A stretch of 63,792 nt of DNA, the filler included, from Octopus bimaculoides (taxonomy: Eukaryota), in assembly GCF_001194135.2 (NCBI RefSeq). It is 8 parts of 7 records of this genome, joined end to end, with 100 filler letters (N's around TTAATTAATTAA, not from the genome) between each part and the next. Parts side by side here need not be neighbours in the genome. Positions count along the whole stretch, not along the records: positions 14,197 to 33,344 come from NC_068983.1; positions 33,445 to 48,753 come from NC_068982.1; 6 more parts are not named here. One strand, written 5' to 3'. Below, piece after piece: positions 23,391-36,242 of this stretch. The translations under genes and the position numbers were made by a program. Numbering within the stretch: position 1 is the stretch's first letter; each line of letters opens with the position of its first letter. The notes under the pieces were generated by a model, which searched no databases, was not told the origin of the DNA, and saw only the letters and a list, made by a program, of their open reading frames with translations.

Positions 23391-24276
23391 GGTGTTTCAA
23401 AAAATTTGATATCATTTCGCAATTTAATAACTTTGCCAGTTCTTGGTCAAATGACTTCAAATTTTAACAGCATGTGTAGAAACAGGTGAAAATTTCATGT
23501 TTAATGTCTGATATGTTTATCTTTTCAGGTATAGAAATGGCATTCGCTGGAAGAGAAAAGGTGTTTAATGTGTTGGAGTATGCTCAAACACAGTCGAACA
23601 AGACTGTGCAGCGTGCATTTGTGAGGGAGTTCTCTAAAACGTCACCAACGGCAATGCAGAATTGGAAATGGCACAAAAATTTCAAAGAGGAAAGCTGTCT
23701 GTGCAGGGCAAAAGGATCTGGACAACCACTAACATCAGAAGAGACGGTTGAGTGGGTTCGCCAAAAGCTCTTGCGAAGCCCCAAGAAGTCCATAAGAAGA
23801 ACAAGTCTGGAAACCCAGATTCCTTCAATGACAGTTTGGGGGCATCGTGAGGAAATGCTTGCTAATGAAGCCCTACAAGCTGCAGCTCATTCAGACCATA
23901 ATGGCAGATGACCAGCAAAAGTGCAAACATGGGCTACGTGAAGGGCCTGGTGTATGTCACCCCACTTCCTGCAAACCTAGAGGAACTCAAGCAGAGAATC
24001 ACTACCGCAAAGGAGACTGTTACCCAAGACATGCTGCAGCGTATTTGGGAGGAGCTGGACTACCGATTTGACATGTGCCATGTCTCAGGTGGTGTGCATA
24101 TTGAATATTTGTGAAATCATTCATGGAATCCACATACCTTTGAATTTCTCATTCGAATTTGGAGGAATAAATCTTATGTTGCTCAACATTAAGCCTGTTT
24201 AATTTCATTTGCTTTGATTAGGTAGTTTCTGTGATATTTACACCTCAAATGATATCAAATTTTTTGAAACACCCTG
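23388..24276 (+). mobile_element. Internally deleted Tc1/mariner-family transposon (HTH and C-terminus kept, DDE core lost)
   Basis: About 30-bp TIRs ca(a/g)ggtgtttcaaaaaatttgatatcattt. ORF pieces MAFAGREKVFNVLEYA...SPKKSIRRTS and GYVKGLVYVTPLPANLEELKQRI...HIEYL. Confidence 0.88.
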
Positions 24277-25090
24277 TGTGTATATGTGTGTGTGTGTATA
24301 TACATGACAGACAGATATATGCCATAATTTCAATGTCTAATTTTTCATGCTTGCACATGTTAAACAGATTAAAGAGATAGATTTTTCTATGTCCAAGATA
24401 CCTTTCCTGTTGCCAACTCTCACCTATTTCCAAATAAGGTAATATTTTCCCATGGTCAGGCAAGGTTTTCACAGAATATTGGAAATGAATATCATTCATT
24501 TACAACAATTTCATGCTATCAAGACAAGAACCCCAACACACACACGTGTGTGTGTGTATGTAACGGTGGTTCCCCAGCATGGCTGAAGCTCTTGAGCTGA
24601 AACTAGTAAAGAAAATATATATTTACACCCACACCCACACACAGACACATATGAATATTAATGTTGGTTATGATAAAAACAATTTTACATTAATCTGTTG
24701 GGTTACTCTACTCTTATGTAGAGTACAAATTTATTATTCTTTCACAAGAATATCACTGACACCAACTTCAAAATTTCAGACAGCTAAGCCATTGTTGGAT
24801 GATGGTTGAGCTGGCTGAAACTTTGAAGTCACTGACAATGATATTATTGCTTAAGAAATATAGATGTGAGCATCTTTCAATTTCCATCCACTACATTCAC
24901 TTACAAGCCTTTGGTCAGCCTGGGGTGAGAGTAGAAAACATTTGCCCAAGGTACTATGCAGGAGATAGACACCCCAAAACTACATGATTTCAAAACAAAT
25001 CTTTTAGTTACCCAACCATGCCCATCCCTTCTTAATAATACAGCTGTGTAACTGTACATAACAATTGTGGAACAGAATCAGTTGACTTAC

Positions 25091-25181
25091 TTTTCTTATA
25101 AGTTGAAATGATTTCTTTGATTTGAGCGTTTGAACGTGTGCAGAGGATTTCAATAAGGACGGTTTCATTAGTTCCAAGACC
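25091..25181 (-). CDS. Annexin exon E (GLGTNETVLIEILCTRSNAQIKEIISTYKK)
   Basis: ttccag|GGT...A|gtaagt; 91 bp, phase 0/1. Confidence 0.95.
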
Positions 25182-25929
25182 CTGGAAGAAATTTCAGCAA
25201 CTGAATAACTCATAGAATATAATGTGTTGAAATGGGATTGTTCTTCTAGAATAATATGGTGACATTCAACAAAGGAAATATAAGACATAGTGGCTGAATG
25301 GGTGTAGGTACATTCATCATTATCCATCAATTGCCAAAGGGTTGGACTAGTTGTGTTGCAGTATCTGTTCCAGCTCCTTGCATTCTGACATAGCGTTTGT
25401 GATAACAGATGTATGAAGCAGTGCTGGTTCCATGGAGAGCAAGGAGGCTTGCATGCCATGCATGTAAATCTCCCCACTTCTGCTGGGCTCCCTCAAAAAA
25501 AAAAAAAACTTGCCCTGGCCTGTCCATACATGGGTAGATCAATGGAAGCCCAAGCGCTGGCCTGGGGACTAAACAATGATTACATATACTGTCTTGTAAA
25601 TCTATGATATGTAATTTATATTAAATATTAAATACTAGGCATGTAATATGTAAGTTATGCTATATATTACATATTAGACATAGTGCTCTTAGCTTAGTTT
25701 TTCCTTGGGGCTGGCCAGATTGGAGCAATCTCGAGTATAACCAGCTGAAATTGCAAAGATAATCTGGAACTCAACTGAGGACAGAAAACTCTGAATGACC
25801 CCTCCTTGTTTTTTCTTGTCCCTTTTTTGAATCATCTGTCTGGATGTTTTGTTGTCCCATTTTTTGTATTCCTTTTTATATATTCAATCCTTAAGTTATA
25901 CTATATACTATATATACGACACTATATAC

Positions 25930-26322
25930 TGTTGTTGTTGTTGTTGGCACTCCGTCGCTTACGACGTCGAGGGTTCCAGTTGGTCCGATCAATGGAACAG
26001 CCTGCTCGTGAAATTAACGTGCAAGTGGCTGAGCACTCCACAGACACGTGTACCCTTAACGTAGTTCTCGGGGGATATTCAGCATGACACAGAGTGTGAC
26101 AAGGCTGACCCTTTGAATTACAGGCACAAGAGGAAACAGGAAGTAGGAGTGAGAGAAAGTTGTGGTGAAAGAGTACAGCAGGGTTCGCCACCACCAGAGC
26201 CTCGTGGAGCTTTTAGGTGTTTTCGCTCAATAAACACACACAACACCCGGTCTGGGAATCAAAACCGCGATCCTATGACCACGAGTCCGCTGCCCTAACC
26301 ACTGGGCCATTGCACCTCCACG
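25930..26322 (-). mobile_element. tRNA-derived SINE (family 3 variant) with (CAA)n tail
   Basis: Minus head tggcccagtggttagggcagcggactcg...ggttttgattccc; 3' end shared with 18840-19150. Confidence 0.75.
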
Positions 26323-26621
26323 ACACTATATACTAGATATGTGATAACTAAGTTATAGTATATATTACATGTTAGATATACAAAATGCAAGTTATACTAC
26401 ATATCAGTTATCAGATAGGTAAAGCATATCATATATGATCACTGTATCAATCAAATTATCAAATGTTGTTATACACAACTGGTCACAATGTGCTTCCTTA
26501 CATTGTTGTAGCTTTTGAATGTTGTCATCCTACTGGTTATGCACAGAGGTTGATTGATAAATATATAAAGTTAATATGTATGTTATATATCATTCACTAA
26601 AGAAGAATTATGTGAACTTAC

Positions 26622-26735
26622 CTTCATAGCATTTCGGAGGTGCTTGGCATCAAATTCTGCTGGTGCCATACATAGAGATTTCACACACTCACATAAATTG
26701 CCACTCAGTTCACTTTTCAATTCTGCAACTAAATC
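26622..26735 (-). CDS. Annexin exon D (DLVAELKSELSGNLCECVKSLCMAPAEFDAKHLRNAMK)
   Basis: ttttag|GAT...AAG|gtaagt; 114 bp, phase 0/0. Confidence 0.95.
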
Positions 26736-26820
26736 CTAAAATAAAGAAGGAACAGAAATAGATGTCATCATCCTAATTATTAATTCCAGCATTTTAAAAT
26801 ATATAATAGAGAAACAATTC

Positions 26821-27302
26821 TTAACCTTTTCGATACCAACCTACCTGAAACTGGCTCTGGCTCTATAGTACAAATGTCTTGTTTTCAAAAGTTTTGAATG
26901 AAAATCTTCCACCAAACCTTAGTCGCAATTCATATTCCTAACACTAGCTTAATGATAACTAAGTTATTTTACTAAATCCTTTGTTATATTTAAAATCAAT
27001 TGAAAGAAGCACGGAGCATCTCATAATAAATATGGTTACAAAAGGTTAAAAAATATAATAGAGAAACAATTCTTAATCCTTTTGATACCAACCTGGTTGA
27101 AACTGCCTCTGGCTCTGTAGAACAAATGTCTTGTTTTCATAAGTTTTGAATTAAAATCTTCTACCAAACCTTAGTCACAATTTATGTTCCTAACACCAGC
27201 TTAATGATAACTAAGTTATTTTACTAAATTCTTTGTTATATTTAAAATTAACTGAAAGAAACACAGAGCATCTCAAAATAAATACGGTAATGAAAGGGTT
27301 AA
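26821..27302. mobile_element. Two tandem TTAA-flanked piggyBac-like MITEs (26821-27049 and 27073-27302)
   Basis: Each copy is about 230 bp, reads ttaa-cc...gg-ttaa and has imperfect TIRs. The upstream flank aaaatatataatagagaaacaattc is duplicated as well. Confidence 0.65.
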
Positions 27303-27775
27303 CATCCACTTTTCCATACCTGTATGGGTCAGACAAAACTTGTAGAAGCAAGTTTTTCTGTGGTTAGATACTGTTTCTGTTGCTGACCTACACACCAGTT
27401 TCCAAGTAAGGCAATATCTCGCACAGGTATGGTGGCAAGCTGGTGGAATCATTACAGAGCAGAATGCTTAGCAACATTTCATCTATCTTTACGTTCTGAG
27501 TTCAAATTCCACCAAGGTTGACTTTGTCATTCATCCCTTTCAATCTCAATAAAACAAATACCAGTGGAGCACTGGGGTTGATGTAATTGACTTGGCCCCT
27601 CTCACAAAATTGCCGGCTTTGTGCCAAAATTTAAAACCAATGTTTCCCCGTAGTCCTTGCAGATCAATTTCTGGACATGTTTTGAGGAAGATTGCAAACA
27701 AATGACACCATTTGTATAAGCAGTGACCTTGTATTTGATTCAAGGCACACACATGAAAACAAGGAGAAAACACCA

Positions 27776-27812
<37 letters not shown>

Positions 27813-27819
27813 CATATAT

Positions 27820-27869
<50 letters not shown>

Positions 27870-28074
27870 GGCTTCTTGCAACTTTCACTTGCATATTTTC
27901 TATTTCTTTTTCTGTGCTGTCATGGGTTGGATGACTTCAACAGCGTCTCAATTTAATCATATCTTTCCCACGAGGGTGTGGTCCCTTACATCAATGTTAG
28001 AAACATACAGTTATGTCCATCAGTCTTCACTCCCCGATTTATTTTGCAAGTAATGAAATTTTCTTGTATCTTAC

Positions 28075-28169
28075 CTTTCCAAACATAGTTTTAAATTTCT
28101 TCAAAATTTCTTGACGTTGTGGGCTTGACCTGTATGCTAATACATTTATAATCATGTCCTCATCAGTTC
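28075..28169 (-). CDS. Annexin exon C (GTDEDMIINVLAYRSSPQRQEILKKFKTMFGK)
   Basis: ttttcag|GA...AAG|gtaaga; 95 bp, phase 1/0. Confidence 0.95.
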
Positions 28170-28399
28170 CTGAAAAGACAAAAAATATTCCATATTTAGC
28201 AAGGTTCTAATATCATTCTTATTTAGCCCAGGTCAGTCCTTATCGAGCATTCCAATCGTGATCACCCTATCGTTTATTAAGGCACAGTGCGAGACACCTA
28301 TCTTTGTCCCTCAATACCGTTAATCTCTCAAGTAACACAAAACCACCCCTGCCTCAATATTATGTCCCACTCCCAGCCAAAGAGTTTTGTCTTGCAAGT

Positions 28400-28640
28400 T
28401 GCTTGGTGACCCTGTCAGTGCTGGTGCCACATGAAATGCACTGATGCTGGTGCCACACAAAATGCACTGATGCTGGTGGCACATAAAAGCACCCAGTATT
28501 CTCAGTAAAGTGATTGGCAATAGAAAGGGCATCCAGCCATAGAAATCATGCTAAGACAGACAATGGAACCTGGTGCAGCTCCTGGTCTTACTAGCTCCTG
28601 TCAAACCCATGCCAGCACGGAAAATGGACATTAAGTGATG
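28400..28640 (+). mobile_element. Degenerate RTE 3' tail copy
   Basis: ggcacataaaagcacc...gaagggcatccagcc...ggacattaagtgatga. Confidence 0.65.
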
Positions 28641-28979
28641 AAAATGTATCAAGAATACATTATACAACGTGTCCTTGAAGCAGCAATTAAATCACCTTTA
28701 AATTATACCTAACTCTTTCCTGTCATAAGGAAGGCGATATCAGATAATGTAGTTTAGAAGAATCTTAGATTAATAATGTAAACCTGTGATGTGTGTCAGC
28801 AATAATATACTATGTACTTTTAGATGTCATGCAATGGAGGGTGAAACCAAAAAATCTCCCTCTAATATCATTTCCAAATATTTCTCTGTAAATATTTACC
28901 TAAAACTAAAACACATGTGTACACACCAGAGCCTGGTTAACCCTTAAGTAAAATAAGAACATGGTAAATGGTTTACAGC

Positions 28980-29313
28980 ACAAAAGAAATCACTTTAAAC
29001 TTGCTAAAATAATATTCGGGATGCCTTTGTCTCTACTAAGTATAGATGCAGATATGTTACCTAAGATTAATTTCAAAGATCTGATCAAAGATTTTGCAAC
29101 TCAAAAAGGTAGGAGGGGACTTTTCAAATATAAATAAAGTGGAATTAAACAAAAATAAACATTATTTTCCCTCTTACTGTTTTGTTTCGTTTTGAAAAAT
29201 AAAAATTTATTTTATGGTTTGTTATTGTTTATATTTTGAATTACATAATCTTTTATGGGGTCACCAAAATCTTTTAAGTGCTTCGGGCCTCGATGGGTCT
29301 TAATCCGGCCCTG
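28980..29313 (+). mobile_element. hAT transposon 3' remnant
   Basis: Translation LSLLSIDADMLPKINFKDLIKDFATQKGRR resembles the hAT C-terminal dimerisation region; ends in the TIR-like ggtcttaatccggccctg. Confidence 0.55.
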
Positions 29314-29365
29314 AAAGAGGGCATTTGTAAAATGAAGCAATTATATTAGAATATTTATATGTTAC

Positions 29366-29450
29366 CTAATCCTTTCATAGCTTCTCTTAGAAGTTCACAA
29401 TCTTGTTCAGCATTGAATTTGGGGTAACTCTTCACTGTTCCCTCTTGAGC
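29366..29450 (-). CDS. Annexin exon B (AQEGTVKSYPKFNAEQDCELLREAMKGLG)
   Basis: ccttacag|GCT...G|gtaaca; 85 bp, phase 0/1; canonical start of the annexin core. Confidence 0.95.
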
Positions 29451-29965
29451 CTGTAAGGTGAAACAGAAACAGACTATATACATAAAAAAAAACATTAAGA
29501 ACTGTGAATGACAACATTGTATATTGAGGTTTTATAAGTGAACCAAATAAATGTTGTTGCTATCAAAGTAATCTTTGACTGGGTAGCTTTATGTGAAGGA
29601 GCCTGCAGCGCTGTCTAAAGAGATGTGCATCCTGGCCAATTGCCCAGCAGTCTCAATGGATCAAGCGGGGGCCAATTTTGATATGTGTATGCTGTGGGTA
29701 ACTGTTAATAAATACTATAGGACTCAGTGCACTGATCTGGCCAGGGCTCAATAATGCTGCTTAGAAGGCTCTGGTAGTCAGCAAATCATATGTTAAGGCC
29801 TCATTCATGCAATCAGATTCAGTTTAATTTCCGGGATCATGTTGAACATTTTCCCCATGCTGTAGGGTGTTTGATCATTGAGGTTATGGGGTTGTGTTCA
29901 GTATCCCATACAATTGTTTGATTAAATTTTCATGGGCTGCACTCCTTACACATCTATTTGAGTGC

Positions 29966-30001
<36 letters not shown>

Positions 30002-31019
30002 ATTAAGATTCAGTTGAATTAGGTACTTAAGTTGAAGCACCAAGTCAGTCCAGTGTTATCCACAGCTTGAAGTAAGGTGAATAAAATCCAAGCAAAGCAG
30101 TATTTCTTCAAGGCTGGGTGTATTTTCATAGACGATTAAAAACAAAAGACACCACTTATATGACAGTGTTGTTCATTTACAACTCCCATGCAATTTCAAG
30201 TCACACACACACACACACACACACGGGTTTGTGTTATTATCATTCAACGTCTATATTGGTTTTCAGTGTTTGCTTTGGCAAGGTCTCCACAGCTGGATGC
30301 CCTTCCTAATACCAATTACTTTACAGAGTGTAATGGGTGCTTTTCATGGCCACCAGTGTTAATGGGTAACCTAGTAAAACATGAGGCTATCTATCTATAT
30401 ATACACACATATATATATACATACACACACACACAGGTTTTTCCCCGTTTCTGTCTACAAAATCCACTCACAAGGCTTTGGTTTGCACAGGGCTATAATA
30501 GAAAACGTCTGTCCAAGCTGTCATACATTGGGACTGAATCTACAACCAAATGACACTCCTATCACTTTTTGCAGATCTGATTATATTGCTGTCATGGGTC
30601 GTACTCCAACATTGGTCTTGGGGATATACTCCTTATATAACTGTTTCATTACAGGTTGTTAATGGGATACACACTCTCGCCCTTTAACACTGAACCTGGC
30701 CATATCCTGCCCAAATATTCTACCTGCTTTATGCGCAAACTGACCAGATCCTAACTCTCACACCTATCCTACAATGTCACTCTAGAAATAAACAATCATG
30801 GCATGGAAATCATGAAACTACAAGATAATGCATAATTAATTCAAAACCATGTGAATAAAAATGTATCGCATTTGAGTGAGTAATGTGAATACTAAGGGAT
30901 TAGACATTTTTATTGATATCATAAGCTGTACTCCTTAGGCATTTCATTATATAATATTTAAAAATCTATGCTCCTTACGCTCATGTTTAATTATATTAGT
31001 CATGAAATCAAATCAAATT

Positions 31020-31510
31020 GCTGATGTGGCCGATGACAGTACCGCCTGATTGGCACTTGTGCCAGTTGAATGTTAAAATCACATCCGAGCATGATCGTTG
31101 CCAGGGCCATGGATTGGCTCCCATGTCAGTGGCATGTAAAAAGCATCATTTGAGTGTGATTATTGCCAGCGTCGCCTTACCGGCACATGTGCCAGTGGCA
31201 TGTGAAAAATAACATTTGAGCATGGTCATTACCAGTGCCACTGGACTGGCTCCCATGCAGGTAGCACGTAAAAACACCTTTGGAGCGTGATCGTTGCCAG
31301 AATTGCCTGACTGGCCTTCATGTCGGTGGCACATAAAAGCACCCACTACACTCTCGGAGTGGTTGGTGTTAGGAAGGGCATCCAGCTGTAGAAACTTTGT
31401 CGATCAGATTGAGCCTGGTGTAGCCATCTGGCTCACCAGTCCTCAGTCAAACTGTCCAACCCATGCCAGCATGGAAAACGGACGTTAAACAATGATGATG
31501 ATGATGATCT
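31020..31510 (+). mobile_element. RTE 3' UTR/tail copy
   Basis: Several subrepeats, tail and (GAT)n. Confidence 0.85.
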
Positions 31511-31724
31511 GTGTTGCTTAGACATTGGTTAGAGGCTGTACTCCTTAGACATCTGATTAAATAGTGCTTATGAGATATACTTCTTACACAAGTGGTTGAT
31601 TAGATTTCAGTTATGATCTGTGTCATAGACATTCTTTAAAGGCTGTAATCTTTAGACATCTATTTGTGTAAAAGACAATGTATATCTGTGTTGTATGGAA
31701 GGTAAAAGTTTGGTCATATCCTAC

Positions 31725-32113
31725 CTCAATATCTTCAACTTCCATTTCAAAATAAGGGTCCATTTTTGGAATTTCCTTCTTTGGAGTTTCTTTGTTTGGT
31801 GGCTGTGGAGTTACAGCAACTGGTTTCTTTTTCTCAACGGTCTTAACTTGCGGTCTTACCTCAATATCCATAACTTTCTTTTCAAAAGCAGGATTTGATT
31901 TTGGAATTTTCTCCCGCAGCAGCTGTGGATTTACAGAAACTGGTTTGTTTTTCTCAACTGTGTTAGTTTGTGGCCTTACCTCAATATCTTCCATTTCCAT
32001 TTCAAAATATGGATCTGATTTTGGAATTTTCTTGGGAGTTTTCTTTTTCTCATCTGTGTCAGTTTGTGGTCTTGAAACATTTCTAGATTTGAGCAGTTTG
32101 TGACGAGGAGCAC
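31725..32113 (-). CDS. Annexin N-terminal exon A with three Pro/Lys/Glu-rich repeats (IPKxDPYFEMExEDIE)
   Basis: gctttatag|GT...GAG|gtagga; 389 bp open, phase 1/0, splices in frame to exon B. Confidence 0.8.
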
Positions 32114-32425
32114 CTATAAAGCAAAAATTGAATATAAAAGTCTGGAGTAATGGGTGCATGTTTTTACATGAAGTTGTATCTAAAATCAATTTAACATTAA
32201 ATTGATGGATCACTCAGGATTTTTTAGTAGAGTACCATGTTCATTAATTTTAATAAGAAACAGTTGGCAATAACTTTGAACTTACCACCCGTTATCAAAC
32301 ACTTTGATGACTGCTAGTAAGCCAGAACTTCAAAGTCAGTGTCAACATTATCCTTGTAAAAATTAATGAATACACACACACACACATCAAAGTTTAGCAG
32401 TTTAACAAAATGGCAAATATCTTAC

Positions 32426-32501
32426 GTTGAACACCAGGCTTTTCCATTATCAGAGTTATTCTGTAGCAATCTTCTTCATCTTCAAAGTCACTTGTCAAAA
32501 C
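32426..32501 (-). CDS. Probable upstream annexin exon (VLTSDFEDEEDCYRITLIMEKPGVQ); contains an in-frame ATG
   Basis: ctgttccag|GTT...C|gtaaga; phase 1 end joins exon A in frame. Confidence 0.5.
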
Positions 32502-32699
32502 CTGGAACAGATCGGTTAGGAGTTCAAATACAAGCAGAATCATACAAACAGAAACCTTGGGACAAATATGCAGGTTTAAACTTGAATTTCAGATTTGTCA
32601 TTTTTATTTGAATATTTTGAAAGAAATGTCTCGGCTTAAAATTCATTTCTTGTTGTCATTATGTGTGTATGTGTATGTAAAAATTATATACATGTACTA

Positions 32700-33040
32700 T
32701 AGAGCATGGTCGTTGCCAGTGCCGCATGAATGGCTCCTGCACCAGTGGCACGTAAAAAGCACCATTCAAGCATGGTTGATGCCAGTGCTGGCTGACTGGT
32801 CCCGTGCTGGTGGCATGCAAAAAGCACCATTCAAGCATGGTCGATGCCAGTACCGCCTGACTGGCCCTCGTGCTGGTGGCACATAAAAAGCATCCACTAC
32901 ACTCTCAGAGTGGTTGGCGTTAGGAAGGGCATCCAGCTGTAGAAACTCTGCCAGATCAGATGGTGCAGCCATCTGGTTCGCCAGTCCTCAGTCAAAAGCC
33001 ATGCAAGCATGGAAAGCAGACGTTAAACAATGATGATGAA
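32700..33040 (+). mobile_element. RTE 3' UTR/tail copy
   Basis: Subrepeats, tail and (GAT)n. Confidence 0.85.
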
Positions 33041-33052
33041 AATATATATATA

Positions 33053-33344
33053 GGCGTAGGAGTGGCTGTGTGGTAAGTAGCTTGCTTACCAACCACATGG
33101 TTCCGGGTTCAGTCCCACTGCGTGGCATCTTGGGCAAGTGCCTTCTACTATAGCCTCGGGCCGACCAATGCCTTGTGAGTGGATTTGGTAGACGGAAACT
33201 GAAAGAAGCCCGTCGTATATGTGTATATATATGTGTATGTGTGTGTGTATGTCTGTGTTTGTCCCCCCAACATCGCTTGACAACCGATGCTGGTGTGTTT
33301 ATGTCCCCGTAACTTAGTGGTTCGGCAAAAGAGACCGATAGAAT
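33053..33344 (+). mobile_element. SINE family 1 copy, truncated at scaffold join
   Basis: Close match to the family 1 consensus. Confidence 0.85.
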
Positions 33345-33799
33345 NNNNNNNNNNNNNNNNNNNNNNNNNNNNNNNNNNNNNNNNNNNNTTAATTAATTAA
33401 NNNNNNNNNNNNNNNNNNNNNNNNNNNNNNNNNNNNNNNNNNNNGATTTAACTGAGGCAGCATTCATCCAAACTCTCAAGATCCAACCTCAGATTTATCA
33501 TCGCATTGTCTCTCTACTACCTCTGTCAAATGAATCACCAAAATTGGCCTTTCATTATTTATAATCTGTACCTGTTTGTTTGGTTACGAAATAAAATACA
33601 CAAAACGTGTTTCTGAATTACGTGTATTTACTTTATATACATATGAGTTGAAAACTTTCTTCTAGCATTCCACTTAATGTCTATGTTCCATGCTGGCATG
33701 GATTGGAGAGTTATTAATGTAGAAATATGGTATCGTAGCTGCTAACAGTTGAGGGTTGCGTAGTCTAGACGGCGTTTTTAGATTTCATTATTCTCTTTA

Positions 33800-33828
33800 A
33801 CCCGGGCAACGCCGGGTATTTCTGCTAG
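33800..33828 (+). mobile_element. Helitron-like 3' terminus
   Basis: Hairpin acccgg-gcaacg-ccgggt followed 7 nt later by CTAG|T. Confidence 0.5.
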
Positions 33829-33829
33829 T

Positions 33830-34571
<742 letters not shown>

Positions 34572-35509
34572 TAGACTACAATTTTTATCTCAGAATGAAG
34601 ATGAAATAGAAATCTCTAAAGCAAGGGCCACCATTAAAAAGCCTTGTTATATATCATCAGGAAAGGATTTCAGGGAACAAAATATTAAGTAATGAAATAT
34701 TAACCACATTTAAAAGAAAAACCTCAGTATTTCGAAAATCTATTATTCATTTCAGGGGAAATGTGCATTTATAAGCTTATTACATGAAATATTAGAATCT
34801 ATGAAAATTGCAAAATATTTTTTTTTAAATGAGTTTTAAATTTCATATACACACAAAACTATTGTGATTTTTACAAAATTATTTCCTTTGACTGTTAAGA
34901 TCCCAATTTGTTGAGGAAGACAAAGGAGGAGGAAAAAACAGAAAAAAATATTTTTATTTTTATTTTTATTGATGCTTTTACCATTGTTCTTATAGTAATT
35001 CTTGTTATTGCATATACAAATGACCTAAATTTTAGCAATTTCTAAACAAAATCTATATTTTGTATAATATTTCCTTATTGAACTTAACTATAACATCTCA
35101 CTAAGGAATAATATTACTTCTGTTCTTGTTAGAGAAACAACAACTTTGCAATAACAATCTATTGATGCTTCTGGAGAATTCTATATATTTCTAAACCTAC
35201 CACTATTTGACAGAAAGAACTCGTGTGATCAATCATTTCTTTTTGCAGTAGCTATATATGTTCTTAATATACAACAGTTATTGAATTTTCTTTTCATTTT
35301 TTTTTACACTTCTAAAATGCAATGAAGGAGAAAAATTTATAGCAGATAGGCACAAGCATGGCTGTATGGCTAAAAAGTTTGCTTTCCAGCACAATAGTTC
35401 CAGTTTCAATCCCACTGCATGACACCTCGGACAGGTGTCTTCTACTATAATGACTGACCAACAAAAGCTTTGTGAGTGGATGTGGTAGATTAAAACTGAA
35501 AGAAACCCC

Positions 35510-35558
<49 letters not shown>

Positions 35559-35837
35559 CATTATATGTGCCCAAATCTGGCCAATCCCAAGGAAAAACTA
35601 AGCTAAGAGTATTAGATTCCTTGGAAGAAAGCAGCAGATGTATATGAAAACAAGGACGGAAAAAAACAGGTGTCTTTTGACTATGGATGAATTAAATTAA
35701 GCTGGCGTGTGTGGAAGTAAAGCCTTATGGCAGGGATTCAAGATTTCACAGACACAGGGAGGAATATAGATGTTGCATGGACGGCAGCCAAACCAAGAAA
35801 GAAAGGTCAGGCTTGGCCGAACACCGGTCACATGGCG

Positions 35838-36044
35838 ACAGGACGTCAAACATTAAGGCAAGCTGAACATCTCGAGTCATATACAATATTACTACAGGAA
35901 GAAATTCAAAATCTTACAGCTGTTTCTGGTATATCCTCAAATATGGGATATCCCAGAAACAGCTGTAAGATTTTGAATTTCTTCCTGTAGTAATATTGTA
36001 TATGACTCGAGATGTTCAGCTTGCCTTAATGTTTGACATCCTGT
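35838..36044. repeat. Near-perfect 92-bp inverted repeat with 23-bp spacer
   Basis: 35838-35929 is the reverse complement of 35953-36044 with one mismatch. Confidence 0.92.
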
Positions 36045-36191
36045 TTAACAATTATATATCTGCAACATCGGAAATCTGCAATGGCTCCATAACTACTGTC
36101 TCATTTATAACTTCGGAGCCCATTAATCTGTTACAGCACTCACCTAGCATACCTAATTGTTTAAATCACCTGTGAACTAAACCCCATACTT

Positions 36192-36242
<51 letters not shown>

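Noticed and set aside
32286-32351. Exon-like segment with a strong gtaag donor between the annexin upstream exons
   Set aside because: Every phase-compatible joining gives a stop.
33445-33570. Open frames on both strands next to the join (VQIINNERPILV... on -, DLTEAAFIQTL... on +)
   Set aside because: Weak acceptor, no homology, and it lies across an unoriented scaffold join.
34594-34690. Plus-strand exon-like segment (NEDEIEISKARATIKKPCY...)
   Set aside because: Isolated, with no partner exons or homology.
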